This document shows, one piece after another, positions 1 to 10,046 of a stretch of 64,000 bases of DNA. A program made the position numbers and the translations under genes. The stretch comes from Limnothrix sp. BL-A-16 (GTDB taxonomy: Bacteria > Cyanobacteriota > Cyanobacteriia > CACIAM-69d): positions 768,001 through 832,000 of the forward strand of contig CP166615.1 in the NCBI GenBank assembly GCA_041937175.2, read 5' to 3'. The notes under the pieces are model-generated. The model was not told where the DNA came from and ran no database searches. It worked only from the letters and a program-made list of their open reading frames with translations. Position 1 is the stretch's first letter; the number at the start of each line of letters is the position of its first letter.

Positions 1-29
1 TCAAGCAATTGGGGTAAAGTAACAACCGC

Positions 30-101
30 GCGGGTGTAGTTCAGTGGTAGAACGTCAGCTTCCCAAGCTGAATGTCGTGGGTTCGAGTCCCATCACCCGC
101 T
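30..101 (+). tRNA. tRNA-Gly(CCC)
   Basis: Acceptor stem GCGGGTG/CACCCGC, anticodon arm TCAGC-TTCCCAA-GCTGA, T-loop GTTCGAGTC; CCA not encoded. Confidence 0.97.
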
Positions 102-275
102 TAGTTTCTGCGACACTGCGATTTCAGGTAACCAACAAATCGCTCAGATTGCTTGAGCGAGTTTCCTGATCACTGCAATGGCATCATTGCGATTAATTAG
201 CCCTGGCTAGGCACTGCCTCGGCCTTCAGCAAAAATTCGATAACGTTTTGTCAGCAAAACTATTTTGGGCAACAC

Positions 276-977
276 ATGGTGAAGTGGGATGACGATATCC
301 ATAACACCCCAGCGTATTCGGTGACGGACGCTGCGCGGTATTTGCGTATCCCAGTTGTGACGCTGCGCTCTTGGCTTAACGGGCGTTCCTATGCCACCCA
401 GATTGGTCAACAAGCGTTTGAGCCACTGATTCAGCGGCCCGATTTAGCTCTGCCCCAGCTCTCGTTCACAAACCTGGTAGAGGCTCATGTTTTGCGAATT
501 ATTCGTGAAACCCATCAGGTCAAGCTTGATAAAGTTCGCCATGCCCTAGATTATATGAGCCAGCAGTTTGACACGGCTCACCCATTGGTGATGAGACGGT
601 TTCAAACCGATGGGGTTGATTTGTTTGTAGACCAAGTAGATCGGCTGGTCAATGTTTCCCGATCGGGCCAGCTTGCCATGCGCGAAACCTTGAAACACCT
701 GCTGACCCGCATTGAGTGGAACGCAGAGGGGATCGCCAACCGATTTTTTCCCATCATTGAGTGGGTTCCTGAGCCAGGAACTGACAAAATCATTTTCCTC
801 GACCCATCCATTCGGTTTGGTAAGCCGGTCATTGCAGGCCAGGGAGTGCCTACTGCTGCCATTGTTAGCCTGATTGATGCGGGTGATTCGATCGACGATG
901 TGGCAGAGGAGTTTGACTGCTCTCCTGAACAAATTAAGGCCGCTATTCAGTTTGAAGCTCAAAATCGTGCCGCGTGA
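276..977 (+). CDS. HTH + DUF433 antitoxin (VapB45-like)
   Basis: N-terminal HTH (YSVTDAARYLRIP..TLRSW), LSFTNLVEAHV, C-terminal DUF433 (DPSIRFGKPVIAGQGVPT..GDSIDDVAEEF). Confidence 0.85.
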   Translation: MVKWDDDIHNTPAYSVTDAARYLRIPVVTLRSWLNGRSYATQIGQQAFEPLIQRPDLALPQLSFTNLVEAHVLRIIRETHQVKLDKVRHALDYMSQQFDTAHPLVMRRFQTDGVDLFVDQVDRLVNVSRSGQLAMRETLKHLLTRIEWNAEGIANRFFPIIEWVPEPGTDKIIFLDPSIRFGKPVIAGQGVPTAAIVSLIDAGDSIDDVAEEFDCSPEQIKAAIQFEAQNRAA

Positions 978-1417
978 CTCCAGCCGATCGCCCCATTTTT
1001 TTCATCGATTGGTGCCTCGGAAAGTCGGTGGCCAAGGCTCTCAGGGAAGTGGGTGCTCAAGTTGAGCATCATGGCGATTGCTTTGCCCAAAATACCCCTG
1101 ATCCAGAGTGGTTGACGGTGGTGGGCGATCGGGGTTGGGTTGTGCTGACCAAAGATGAGGCAATTGGAACCAATAAGCTGGAATTGGGGGCGATCGCCCG
1201 TGCCGAGGCAAGGGTATTTATTTTGGTGTCAGGCAACTTGGGCCGTCAGCAGATGGCGGCCCTATTTGTTGAGGTGTTACCTAAATTGGAACGGTTCAGC
1301 CAGGGCAACCAAGCGCCCTTCATTGCCAAAATCTACAGAGATGGCAGAGTTGAACTCTGGAAAAATCGTACCCAGTTGCTCAAGCTATTGAAGGGGAGAG
1401 ACTTGCTGGATCTTTGA
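974..1417 (+). CDS. PIN-like toxin (VapC45/DUF5615-like)
   Basis: FFIDWCLG, DPEWL..VGDRGWVVLTKD acidic PIN motifs; GTGA overlap with antitoxin stop. Confidence 0.8.
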   Translation: MTPADRPIFFIDWCLGKSVAKALREVGAQVEHHGDCFAQNTPDPEWLTVVGDRGWVVLTKDEAIGTNKLELGAIARAEARVFILVSGNLGRQQMAALFVEVLPKLERFSQGNQAPFIAKIYRDGRVELWKNRTQLLKLLKGRDLLDL

Positions 1418-1440
1418 GAAAATTCCTCGAACATAGAGGT

Positions 1441-2250
1441 TTAATTGACCCAATGAGCGAGGATAGCTGCCACTAGTTCGCAGAAACCTTCTCCTTCAGC
1501 GCTGGGAGTGATGTGCGCCGGTTGATGAATCAGCTCGCTGAGGTAGGGACGCACGTTGGCAACACCGACGGAGCGGGGAAAAAGAGCCGGGTCAAACAGA
1601 CTTTCATCATTGGGGCTGTCCCCGATCGTCAGGATTTGATCGAGGGCATAACCGGGCCACAACAGCTCGATCGCCCGTTGGAGTCCTGCGGCCTTGTTTT
1701 GTGCCGGGAGTTTGATGTGGGCTTGCACGGCACTGTAGGTGAATCCCCAGCCCAAGGCCGCCAGCGATTCCCCCATGGCCAAGAGGGTTTGGCGATCGAT
1801 GCCCGGTAAATCCGCTAGATCAAAAGTCCAATCGGTGATTCGGAAGCGGTTATCGGGGGCCGGGTGCAGGTGGGGAAAATGGTGATGGAATTCCGTTTGG
1901 AGGATGCCAAAAACATCGGCCAAGGCATCGCGATGGGCGATCGGGTCGGTTACATCCACTAGCCATTGGCCCTCGGGTCGATCGCGCCGATAGAGCAGAC
2001 CGCCGTTTTCCGCGATCGCCCCTGCGATCGGCAGGTATTCCACCAGGGCGCTCACCCAACCGGCCGATCGCCCGGTGATGATCAGAACGGGGATGCCAGC
2101 CTGTTGCAAGCGTTCCAAGGCCAGAAACAGGTGGCTGGAAAAGCGACCCGATCGGGTCAAGGTACCGTCCATATCGGTGGCGATCGCCCGAAGGCCGGGA
2201 GCCAGAGCAGCGGCCATCGCCGCCAGTGAGGACTGAGGAGACAAGGGCAT
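1441..2250 (-). CDS. HAD-superfamily (IIB-like) hydrolase
   Basis: DMDGTL motif I, ITGRS motif II, NKAAGL, GDSPND motif IV; start at ATG 2250 inferred. Confidence 0.85.
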   Translation of the reverse strand: MPLSPQSSLAAMAAALAPGLRAIATDMDGTLTRSGRFSSHLFLALERLQQAGIPVLIITGRSAGWVSALVEYLPIAGAIAENGGLLYRRDRPEGQWLVDVTDPIAHRDALADVFGILQTEFHHHFPHLHPAPDNRFRITDWTFDLADLPGIDRQTLLAMGESLAALGWGFTYSAVQAHIKLPAQNKAAGLQRAIELLWPGYALDQILTIGDSPNDESLFDPALFPRSVGVANVRPYLSELIHQPAHITPSAEGEGFCELVAAILAHWVN

Positions 2251-2412
2251 AGCGATCGACCCGTTTGCAAATACCGCAATGTACAGTGGGGAATGTTTTT
2301 GCCGCAAGTGGCGCGATCTCCACATTGCCTGAACACACTCTGATCAGGCCTGCAACGCTACCTTCAAGGCTGTCTCAACCCTGTAAACGTATTTAACGGA
2401 TTGGCTGTACCC

Positions 2413-4557
2413 ATGGCTACCACCGCACTTGATCGGGACGCGCATCTGTTCCACCTGGCTGCCCAGCGAGCGGGAATTCATATGCCCATCTTGCCCGCAC
2501 TCCAGGAAGCCCATGATCAGCCAACCCCAGAAGGGGAACGGGGGTTGGGCTTAACCAGCGCGGATCAAGAACAGGTGGACAGCCTACCGGATCAGTTGAT
2601 GGAAGCGGCCCTGTTAGTGCGACGGTTAACGGATTCTTTAATCCAATCCGGTTGGAAGGCCGATCGAATCTGGCAGGTGAGTGCTGGACAATATAGCCCT
2701 GAAGTGTTGGCCGTGTTGGCTCGGGGCTTTGAAGACAAAACCGCTGGCGGGCCGATTCTGGCCGGTTGCTCGCTCGATCGGCTGACGGCCGCCTATCGCC
2801 AATTTTGTACCTTGGAGCGATCGACCCAGATTGCCCCCGCCAGTACCACCCTCACCGGCAGCACCTTCACCATCGATCGGGCACTGCTCGACACGATTGA
2901 GCGCCTGCCTCAGTTTTATCAAGGCTATGTGCATCAGCGGGAAGCCCTGCTTGAGGCGACCCGTATTTGGCGCGGCCTGGCCACCCGGGAGGACACCTTG
3001 GTTTCCCTGGGGTTGCCAGCCTTGAACTACACCGATACCGCTCTTGACACGGCCTTAGTCACCTTCATCCAACGTCTGTCGCCCAACTATTCCGGCTTTC
3101 CTCACCAGCGCGAGGCCCTGCTGCGGTTGGTGCAAATTTGGCGGCAACTGGATTCACGCCAATCGGCGATCGCCTCCCTCAGCGACAGTAATTTGAGTCT
3201 GTTGCCCCGTAATTACGATCCGGCCCTGCTGGCCTTTGTGCTGCGGGTTCCGGAGTTCTACGCCGGTAGCGGCACTCAGCGCAATGCGGCCACCGAAACC
3301 GTCCGTATGTGGCGAGATTTGGAGAATCGCAACGCGGCCCTCACCAGCTTGGGGGTGAATCCGATTGTGTTCGCGAATCCGGCGGCCCCCGAAGCCAGCA
3401 CCGCCGCTGCCCAGCTCGATCGGGAATTGCTCTCTTTTCTGCGACGGTTGCCAGCCGCCTACCGAGCCACACCCAATCAACAGGGGGCTTTAACTCGGTT
3501 GGTGCAACTGTGGCGTGGCTTGGAAACCCAGCAGGCCGCGATCGGCTCCCTGGAAACGGATCTGCGCACCATGCAATGGCAGGTAATGATCCTGAAACAG
3601 AACACCGTCCTCAAAAGTCAGCCGGTTCAGGCTAGCGCCCTGCCGCGAAACGAAGTGGCCGCCATGCCCGCTGGGGAACTGTCGCTGATTGACTCGATCG
3701 AGCAAGGAACCCACTATCGAATCCTGACCGTGGAGCCAATCCGCGATCGGCGGGAATGGTTTGTTTACCGGGGTCATGCGGACTTCTTGGAACCGGCCAC
3801 CATGTTGGTGAAAGTCAGTACCTTCCTCAAGACCCGTCCCCTACAGTCCAGCAGCTTGGGAAATGCGGAAAAGGTGGCCCTTTCCCCCGGAGAGTTCCAA
3901 ATTCGCAGCTACGAGGATGTGGGCGATCACCTGCGAATTCGGCTGGTGAAACCCATTAATAACCGGCTGGAATGGTTCATTTTTGAAGGCCACATCACCC
4001 TGCTGAATGTGGATGACTATCCCTCGCCTCGGGATCCCCAGCCTGCGCCCGCCCCTGCCCCTGTGCCTGCCCCCGTGCCCGCGCCTGTCCCCAGGCCCAC
4101 CCCGGTTCCCACCCCGGCCCCTGTGCCCGATCGGGGACGACGGATTCAAGTGCCCGGGCTGGGGACGGTCTGGACGCGTGACCCGATTATTGCGGGCGGT
4201 AACTTTAATTGGGGTGAAGCCACCAAAGATGGCACGCGGATTCCCGAAAATTCCACCATCACCCAAAACATCATCGCCATGGCCCGGCGAATGCAGGAAG
4301 TGCGGGCCCGGCTGGGCAATCGCACCATCACCATCACGAGCTGGTATCGGCCCCCGGCTGTGAATCGGGCCGTGGGTGGGGCCCGCAACTCAACCCATAT
4401 TCGGGGTTATGGGGTGGACTTTGTGGTGGCGGGGTTGTCGCCGCGTGCGGCCCAACGGATTTTGGATCCCTGGTGGCCCGGTGGCTTAGGCTATGGCTCC
4501 TCCTTCACCCATTTGGATAATCGGGGATATCGGGCCCGGTGGAATTACACCAATTAA
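2413..4557 (+). CDS. Peptidase M15A (D-Ala-D-Ala carboxypeptidase-like) with N-terminal helical repeats and Pro/Ala linker
   Basis: C-terminal TSWYRPPAVNRAVGGARNSTH..D..FTHLD zinc motifs; four approx 60-aa repeats (RLPQFYQG..QREALL..WRGL). Confidence 0.85.
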   Translation: MATTALDRDAHLFHLAAQRAGIHMPILPALQEAHDQPTPEGERGLGLTSADQEQVDSLPDQLMEAALLVRRLTDSLIQSGWKADRIWQVSAGQYSPEVLAVLARGFEDKTAGGPILAGCSLDRLTAAYRQFCTLERSTQIAPASTTLTGSTFTIDRALLDTIERLPQFYQGYVHQREALLEATRIWRGLATREDTLVSLGLPALNYTDTALDTALVTFIQRLSPNYSGFPHQREALLRLVQIWRQLDSRQSAIASLSDSNLSLLPRNYDPALLAFVLRVPEFYAGSGTQRNAATETVRMWRDLENRNAALTSLGVNPIVFANPAAPEASTAAAQLDRELLSFLRRLPAAYRATPNQQGALTRLVQLWRGLETQQAAIGSLETDLRTMQWQVMILKQNTVLKSQPVQASALPRNEVAAMPAGELSLIDSIEQGTHYRILTVEPIRDRREWFVYRGHADFLEPATMLVKVSTFLKTRPLQSSSLGNAEKVALSPGEFQIRSYEDVGDHLRIRLVKPINNRLEWFIFEGHITLLNVDDYPSPRDPQPAPAPAPVPAPVPAPVPRPTPVPTPAPVPDRGRRIQVPGLGTVWTRDPIIAGGNFNWGEATKDGTRIPENSTITQNIIAMARRMQEVRARLGNRTITITSWYRPPAVNRAVGGARNSTHIRGYGVDFVVAGLSPRAAQRILDPWWPGGLGYGSSFTHLDNRGYRARWNYTN

Positions 4558-4613
4558 TGAGTTGCCCAACCGATGGGGATGGCGGGGGAGGTCTATCGGG
4601 TTCAGTCAAGGGA

Positions 4614-5834
4614 TCATCCAACGGCTCCGCCAAGAAGCAACACTTGAATTTCGCTGTGGGCCGCGATTTCGCTGGTTCCTTGGGGAACTTGGGCCAGGGC
4701 GGTGGTTCCCGCTAGGTTGATCAGGTTGCCAGAACTGTGGCTGCCTTTGGCCAGGCTAAAGACCAGTTGCCCTTCGATGATTTGCAAAGAACCCCAAAGG
4801 TAAGTTTCTCGCCGCCCGGCCCCTTGCAGATCCTGCGCCGATCGCGCCGTTAGCCATTGCACCCCGTGGGGGCCCGATCGCCCCGACAGCTTCCGCAACA
4901 GGGGAGCCACAAACCGCCAACAACCCACCAGGGCCGAAACGGGATTTCCCGGCAAGCCCACATAGACCTTGGGGCCAAAGGTGGCCAGGGTCAGGGGCTT
5001 ACCCGGCCGCACGGCCACGGATTTGACGTGAATTTCGCCGCCCAACTCCGCCAAGACCGCATCCACATAGTCATAGTCCCCCACGGACACGCCCCCCGTG
5101 GACAGCACCAAATCCGCTTGGTCGATCGCCTGTTCAACGGCAGCTTTCAAAGCGGCGCGATCGTCCCGCACCACCCCCAGGGCGATCGGCTCCACGCCCA
5201 TTTGTTGCAAAAAAGCGATCAGGGCATATTGATTGGAATCGACAATTTGCCCCGGTTGCAGGGGTTGATCGATCGTGCCCAGTTCATCACCCGTGGAAAA
5301 CACCGCCACCCGCGGCCGTCGCACCACCGTGACCCGATCGCACTGGGCCGCCGCCAACACCGCCAATTCAGCGGGGCCGATCGCCAACCCGGCGGGCAAA
5401 ATCTGATCACCCGATCGGCAAAACATGCCCTTGGCCCGCACAAATTCCCCAGCGGCCGGCTGGCTCAACACCTTTACTCGATCGGGCCCGGCCGGTTCCG
5501 TGTCCTCTTGAATGGCGATCGCATCGGCCCCCGGCGGCATCATCGCCCCGGTGAAAATCCGTGCCGCCTGGCCGGAGCCAACGGTTTGTTGAGGAGCCAC
5601 CCCCGCCGGAATCGTTTCAATCACCTGCAATTCCGCTGGCCCCTGGGCCAGGTCAGCTTGGCGCACGGCATAACCGTCCATGGCGGAGTTGTCCCAGTGG
5701 GGAAAGTCCAAGCGCGATCGCACCGGTTCCGCCAACACCCGCCCCAGGGCCGCCACGCTGGCGATCGATTCGGTGTCGATGATTGGCGGCGTGATCCGTA
5801 GGGCGATCGCTTCGGCTTCTTGGGCGGAAATCAT
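4614..5834 (-). CDS. moeA: Molybdopterin molybdotransferase MoeA
   Basis: DNSAMDGYA, IFTGA, STGDEL, STGGVSVGDYD, RPGKP, LPGNPVS motifs. Confidence 0.95.
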   Translation of the reverse strand: MISAQEAEAIALRITPPIIDTESIASVAALGRVLAEPVRSRLDFPHWDNSAMDGYAVRQADLAQGPAELQVIETIPAGVAPQQTVGSGQAARIFTGAMMPPGADAIAIQEDTEPAGPDRVKVLSQPAAGEFVRAKGMFCRSGDQILPAGLAIGPAELAVLAAAQCDRVTVVRRPRVAVFSTGDELGTIDQPLQPGQIVDSNQYALIAFLQQMGVEPIALGVVRDDRAALKAAVEQAIDQADLVLSTGGVSVGDYDYVDAVLAELGGEIHVKSVAVRPGKPLTLATFGPKVYVGLPGNPVSALVGCWRFVAPLLRKLSGRSGPHGVQWLTARSAQDLQGAGRRETYLWGSLQIIEGQLVFSLAKGSHSSGNLINLAGTTALAQVPQGTSEIAAHSEIQVLLLGGAVG

Positions 5835-5964
5835 GGGTGACTTGGGCGAGGGAGCGATCGTCAGTTTAAAACCCCCGGCCCGTTGCCACAATTCCCACAA
5901 TGGGTGATCGCCATTCGCCCGTCTCCACCCTGACCGCCTCAGCAGAATGCGATATCGTTGGGGG

Positions 5965-5984
5965 CAAGGGGTTGAAACCCCTTG
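5965..5984. repeat. REP-like palindrome CAAGGGGTTGAAACCCCTTG
   Basis: Variant of the CAAGGGGCTTAAGCCCCTTG palindrome at 34361 and 49757. Confidence 0.6.
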
Positions 5985-6028
5985 TCTAGGACTGCGATCT
6001 GTTACCTGCTAGCTATTGCTTTTTGATC

Positions 6029-6274
6029 ATGCCCCGAGCCAAAGCCCAACCGAGTTCTCCTGAAACCGCCCCCGATTGGCACTACGAAACGGCCATGGCC
6101 GAGGTGGAAATGATCGTGCGGCAACTGGAAACGGGCGACTTGGATTTGGATCAAGCTTTTGATCAATTCACCGCTGCGGTCGATCGCCTGCAACAGTGCG
6201 ATCGATTCCTGCGCGATCGACAGGCTCAGGTGAGCTTAGCGATCGAAACCTTGGATAATCTCGATCTGGAATAA
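6029..6274 (+). CDS. xseB: Exodeoxyribonuclease VII small subunit
   Basis: WHYETAMAEVEMIVRQLETGDLDLDQAFDQF..LQQC..L pattern, about 80 aa. Confidence 0.9.
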   Translation: MPRAKAQPSSPETAPDWHYETAMAEVEMIVRQLETGDLDLDQAFDQFTAAVDRLQQCDRFLRDRQAQVSLAIETLDNLDLE

Positions 6275-6320
6275 GCCAGGCATTCCTGATCGCAAAATCA
6301 GTAATTTAAGTAATCCATCC

Positions 6321-6347
6321 GTAGGGGCACAACGCCTTGCGCCCTTC
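6321..6347 (+). repeat. GTAG-type REP element
   Basis: GTAG followed by GGGCACAA-cgcc-TTGCGCCC hairpin, between convergent genes. Confidence 0.55.
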
Positions 6348-6376
6348 CCTGTCTGTGCCTTTGTTGAAACCTGTCC

Positions 6377-7120
6377 TTAAGCCTGCCATTGTTGGAGTAA
6401 CCAAGCGCTGACTTGGCCATGGTCGGCCTCGCGCGATCGCCGCAGGGCCTCTTCCAAAATATCCAAACTCAGACCCGGTAACACCGCCGATTCTTGGATC
6501 CGCCGACTGCCGCGCTCAATGATTTCAAACCCGAGGATCAGCGCCTCCGGCACATTCACCACCCAATATTCCCGCACGCCCAAATCTTCATAGAGCAAGC
6601 GTTTGCGCCCACAATCATCGGGCCAGGTGCTGTCAGAAATTTCGATCGCCAAGTCCGGCGGCGGTAACTGATCCAAGTCCACAATTTTAGTTTCCCAGTC
6701 CAGCGATCCCACGCGATCGCCTACATACAAGGAAACATCGGGCTGCGCTTCTCGCAAGCCAGTTTTGCGATAGGTGCAGTTGTCGTGAACATCGACGCGC
6801 AAGTCTCGAAGGGCTGCAAACAGCAACGTCGCGTAGATCACGATCGAATGGTCGCGGGAGTGGGGGTTACCGACGGGAGACATTTCGAGCCTCATCATTC
6901 CGTCGTGATAATAACCTTTTGTTTTCTCACTGGCTTGGGCGATCGCTTGCTGATAAGTCTCCCAATCTGCCTTTTGCCAATCGTCAGGATCCGTCTCTGT
7001 CGCCTCATCAAACTCGCAAAGGGTCGGGTCAGCCTCCGCCACGGGGCTAAACCGTTGCGGCTGGGGCGCTGAAGCAGTCACAGCGGCGTTAGGGGAGCGA
7101 CCGGGCTGGGTGGCAACCAT
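6377..7120 (-). CDS. Uma2 family (PD-(D/E)XK-like) endonuclease
   Basis: EMSPVGNPH, EAQPDVSLY, PPDLAIEIS, KRLLYEDLGVREYWVVN. Confidence 0.9.
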   Translation of the reverse strand: MVATQPGRSPNAAVTASAPQPQRFSPVAEADPTLCEFDEATETDPDDWQKADWETYQQAIAQASEKTKGYYHDGMMRLEMSPVGNPHSRDHSIVIYATLLFAALRDLRVDVHDNCTYRKTGLREAQPDVSLYVGDRVGSLDWETKIVDLDQLPPPDLAIEISDSTWPDDCGRKRLLYEDLGVREYWVVNVPEALILGFEIIERGSRRIQESAVLPGLSLDILEEALRRSREADHGQVSAWLLQQWQA

Positions 7121-7421
7121 GGCGGGGGAAGAGTGGGCGATCGACTGCTTGGATTCTAGCAATCTCTGCTGGGAGCAGGGCGCTGCTGCGGGTTGCATCA
7201 AGGCTAATCCGTGGTAGATCACCTCACTCGCACATTTCCCACAGCAGTCGAGTTGCTGGGCCGCCGCGCACGGTGGGGTTGCGTGGCGATTCAAGGTTCA
7301 GAATGTCCAGCGATCAATTCTTGCCGATCACCCGAGGTGATCCCCTTGGGCGATCGATTGCAGACATGAACTTAACTTTTTGAAACAAATCGTAATCATC
7401 AGAAAAAACGATTGGTCACTG

Positions 7422-7439
7422 TATGTAAAGTTTATTAAA
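7422..7439 (-). promoter_or_regulatory. Putative RpaB HLR1 site upstream of ndhD
   Basis: Reverse strand TTTAATAA-ac-TTTACATA resembles the (G/T)TTACA(T/A)(T/A)-N2 direct repeat. Confidence 0.4.
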
Positions 7440-7515
7440 CTAAAACCAGGTGAGTAATTATCCCTACCTCTCCCTCATCGAGTTCATACCCGACCTTTGC
7501 AGCCGGGTGGAGTCA

Positions 7516-9120
7516 ATGGACGCAACATTTCCCTGGTTAAGTTTGATTACGCTGCTGCCTTTGGTGGCGGCACTGCCGATTCCCTTCCTGCCCGATCGCG
7601 ACGGCAAAACGATCCGTTGGTATGCGCTGGCGGTGGGCATTGTGGAATTGGCCCTGATTTCCTACACCTGCTTTGGGCAGTTTGATTTCACCAACACTGA
7701 ATTTCAACTGGCGGAAACCTACGCTTGGCTGCCGCAAATTGGACTGAACTGGTCTTTGGCGATCGATGGCATCTCCATGCCGCTGGTGGCTTTGACCGGT
7801 TTGGTCACCACCCTGGCGATCGGGGCTTCCTGGAACGTCACCAAGAAACCTCGCTTGTTCTACACCCTGCTGCTGGCCATGTACAGCGCCCAAATCGGGG
7901 TGTTTGTATCGAAGGATCTGTTGCTGTTCTTCCTGATGTGGGAGCTGGAGTTAGTACCGGTTTACCTGCTGATCTCCATTTGGGGTGGTGCGAAGCGCCG
8001 CTACGCTGCCACCAAGTTCATTCTTTACACGGCCCTCGCTTCCCTGTTCATCCTGGTGGCGGCGCTGGCCATGGCCTTCTCGGGCGGCCCGGTCACCTTT
8101 GATATGGATGCCTTGGGGCTGAAGAATTACTCCCTGACGGCGGAACTCCTGCTCTATGCGGCCTTCTCGATCGCCTTCTTGGTGAAGCTGCCCGCTTTCC
8201 CGGGCCACACCTGGTTGCCCGATGCCCACGGTGAAGCGCCCACGCCTGTTTCGATGCTGTTGGCTGGCGTGCTGCTGAAGATGGCGGGCTATGGCTTGAT
8301 TCGGATGAACATGGAGATGCTGCCGAATGCGCACATCTACTTCGCGCCGGTCTTGGCGATCCTGGGCGTGGTGAACATCATCTACGGGGCGCTGAATGCC
8401 TTTGCCCAACGGAACCTGAAGCGACGGATTGCCTATTCGTCAATGTCTCACATGGGCTTTGTGTTGCTGGGGATTGCGTCTTTCACCGATGTGGGACTGA
8501 GCGGCGCGGTGCTGCAAATGGTTTCCCACGGGTTGATTGCAGCGGCGATGTTCTTCCTGACGGGCGTAACCTACGAGCGCACCCACACCCTCTCGATCGA
8601 CGACATGGGCGGCATTGGTCAAAAGATGCCCCGCACCTTCGCCCTGTTTGTGGCGACGACCATGGCTTCCTTGGCTCTGCCCGGCATGAGCGGGTTTGTG
8701 GGTGAGCTGACGGTGTTCCTCGGCTTGACCACCAGCGAAGTCTACAGCGCTCCGTTCCGGGCCACGGTGGTGGTGTTGGCGGCGGTGGGTGTGATTCTCT
8801 CGGCGGTTTACTTGCTGTCGATGCTGCGGGAAATTTTCTACGGCAAGGAAAACGCGGCTCTGACTGAGGTGAACTGGTCGGATCTGAAGCTGCGGGAACT
8901 GGCGATCGCCCTGGTGTTGTTGGCCCCGATCGTGGGTGTGGGCATCTATCCCAAGCTGGCAACCCAAACCTATGAAATGAAGTCTACGGAAGTGGCTAGC
9001 CGGGTGCGGAGCAGCTTCGCGATCGTGGCAAAGACCCAGGATTCCCGATTCTACTCAGCGGTGCTGAATGCTCCGAAGCTAGCGGATACGGAGTTGGCGG
9101 CATCGGTACGCACCAACTAA
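7516..9120 (+). CDS. ndhD: NAD(P)H-quinone oxidoreductase subunit 4 (NdhD1/D2 type)
   Basis: [50 protein letters not shown]-terminal extension suggests D2. Confidence 0.95.
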   Translation: MDATFPWLSLITLLPLVAALPIPFLPDRDGKTIRWYALAVGIVELALISYTCFGQFDFTNTEFQLAETYAWLPQIGLNWSLAIDGISMPLVALTGLVTTLAIGASWNVTKKPRLFYTLLLAMYSAQIGVFVSKDLLLFFLMWELELVPVYLLISIWGGAKRRYAATKFILYTALASLFILVAALAMAFSGGPVTFDMDALGLKNYSLTAELLLYAAFSIAFLVKLPAFPGHTWLPDAHGEAPTPVSMLLAGVLLKMAGYGLIRMNMEMLPNAHIYFAPVLAILGVVNIIYGALNAFAQRNLKRRIAYSSMSHMGFVLLGIASFTDVGLSGAVLQMVSHGLIAAAMFFLTGVTYERTHTLSIDDMGGIGQKMPRTFALFVATTMASLALPGMSGFVGELTVFLGLTTSEVYSAPFRATVVVLAAVGVILSAVYLLSMLREIFYGKENAALTEVNWSDLKLRELAIALVLLAPIVGVGIYPKLATQTYEMKSTEVASRVRSSFAIVAKTQDSRFYSAVLNAPKLADTELAASVRTN

Positions 9121-9205
9121 GGATCGCTAGCTAAGGGTCTGGCTCTCAATGTTCCCCCTGAGGGGGTGACGAATCCCTGACAAATCTCGATGAGATGATT
9201 CCATA

Positions 9206-9240
9206 ATCCCGATTTTTCCCTGGTGGAGAATCGGGATTTT
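9206..9240 (+). terminator. Intrinsic terminator after ndhD
   Basis: AATCCCGATT..AATCGGGATT hairpin followed by T run. Confidence 0.65.
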
Positions 9241-9420
9241 GTTTTGATTGCCCATCAGCAGCCGCGCGGTTCTGATTTGATGGAATTCCACGGCGATAAT
9301 TTTATGGATACTTACAGATACCGTTGACTCACCTCTTGATTCATACCTTATTCATACCTTGACTAATCCTTGGGTTTTCCCGGTAATGGTTTTCTTTGGC
9401 AACCCGGCGACTTTGGTGCA

Positions 9421-9924
9421 ATGACTCTGGAATTCTTTTTGGCAGATGCAACTGCAACTCAAACCCTGGGCCGGGCGATCGGGCAGATCTTGCGGCCCGG
9501 TGCGGTGATCCTGCTGGATGGAGAGTTGGGAGCTGGCAAAACAACGCTGGTGCAAGGTTTGGCGGCGGAGTTGGGCATTGCGGAGCCGGTGGTGAGTCCC
9601 ACCTTTGTGCTGGTGAATGAATATTTGGAGGGTTCGATTCCGCTGTATCACTTTGATCTCTATCGGTTGAGTCCGGAAGAGGTGGAGCCGTTGGCCCTGG
9701 AGCAATATTGGGAAGGGGGCGAGGTGACTGCGGGAATTGTGGCGATCGAGTGGTCGGAGCGGTTGCCGGAACTGCCGATCGCTTATCTCCAAGTGGCCTT
9801 GCGATCGGGCATTACGGGCCGTCAAGTGCGGATTGAGGTGGTGGGTGAAGTGCCTGGCTGGAACCCTCAACATCTTGAAGATCTTTGCGCAAATTTGGGC
9901 GGACTCACGCTGAATCAGGAATGA
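9421..9924 (+). CDS. tsaE: tRNA threonylcarbamoyladenosine biosynthesis ATPase TsaE
   Basis: GELGAGKTT, SPTFVLVNEY, HFDLYRL, IEWSE. Confidence 0.95.
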   Translation: MTLEFFLADATATQTLGRAIGQILRPGAVILLDGELGAGKTTLVQGLAAELGIAEPVVSPTFVLVNEYLEGSIPLYHFDLYRLSPEEVEPLALEQYWEGGEVTAGIVAIEWSERLPELPIAYLQVALRSGITGRQVRIEVVGEVPGWNPQHLEDLCANLGGLTLNQE

Positions 9925-10046
9925 TGGAGGGTGGGCGCTGGTCTGTGGCTAGGTGAACTTTGAGTGAATGCGATTTCCTCATCTCCGATACTCCCATGGC
10001 GTTCCCGTCCTGGATAACTTGATCAACTCAGTGGGTAAGCCAACCG

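Noticed and set aside
4857..5801. 314-aa ORF antisense to moeA
   Set aside because: Fully overlaps moeA; no recognisable motifs
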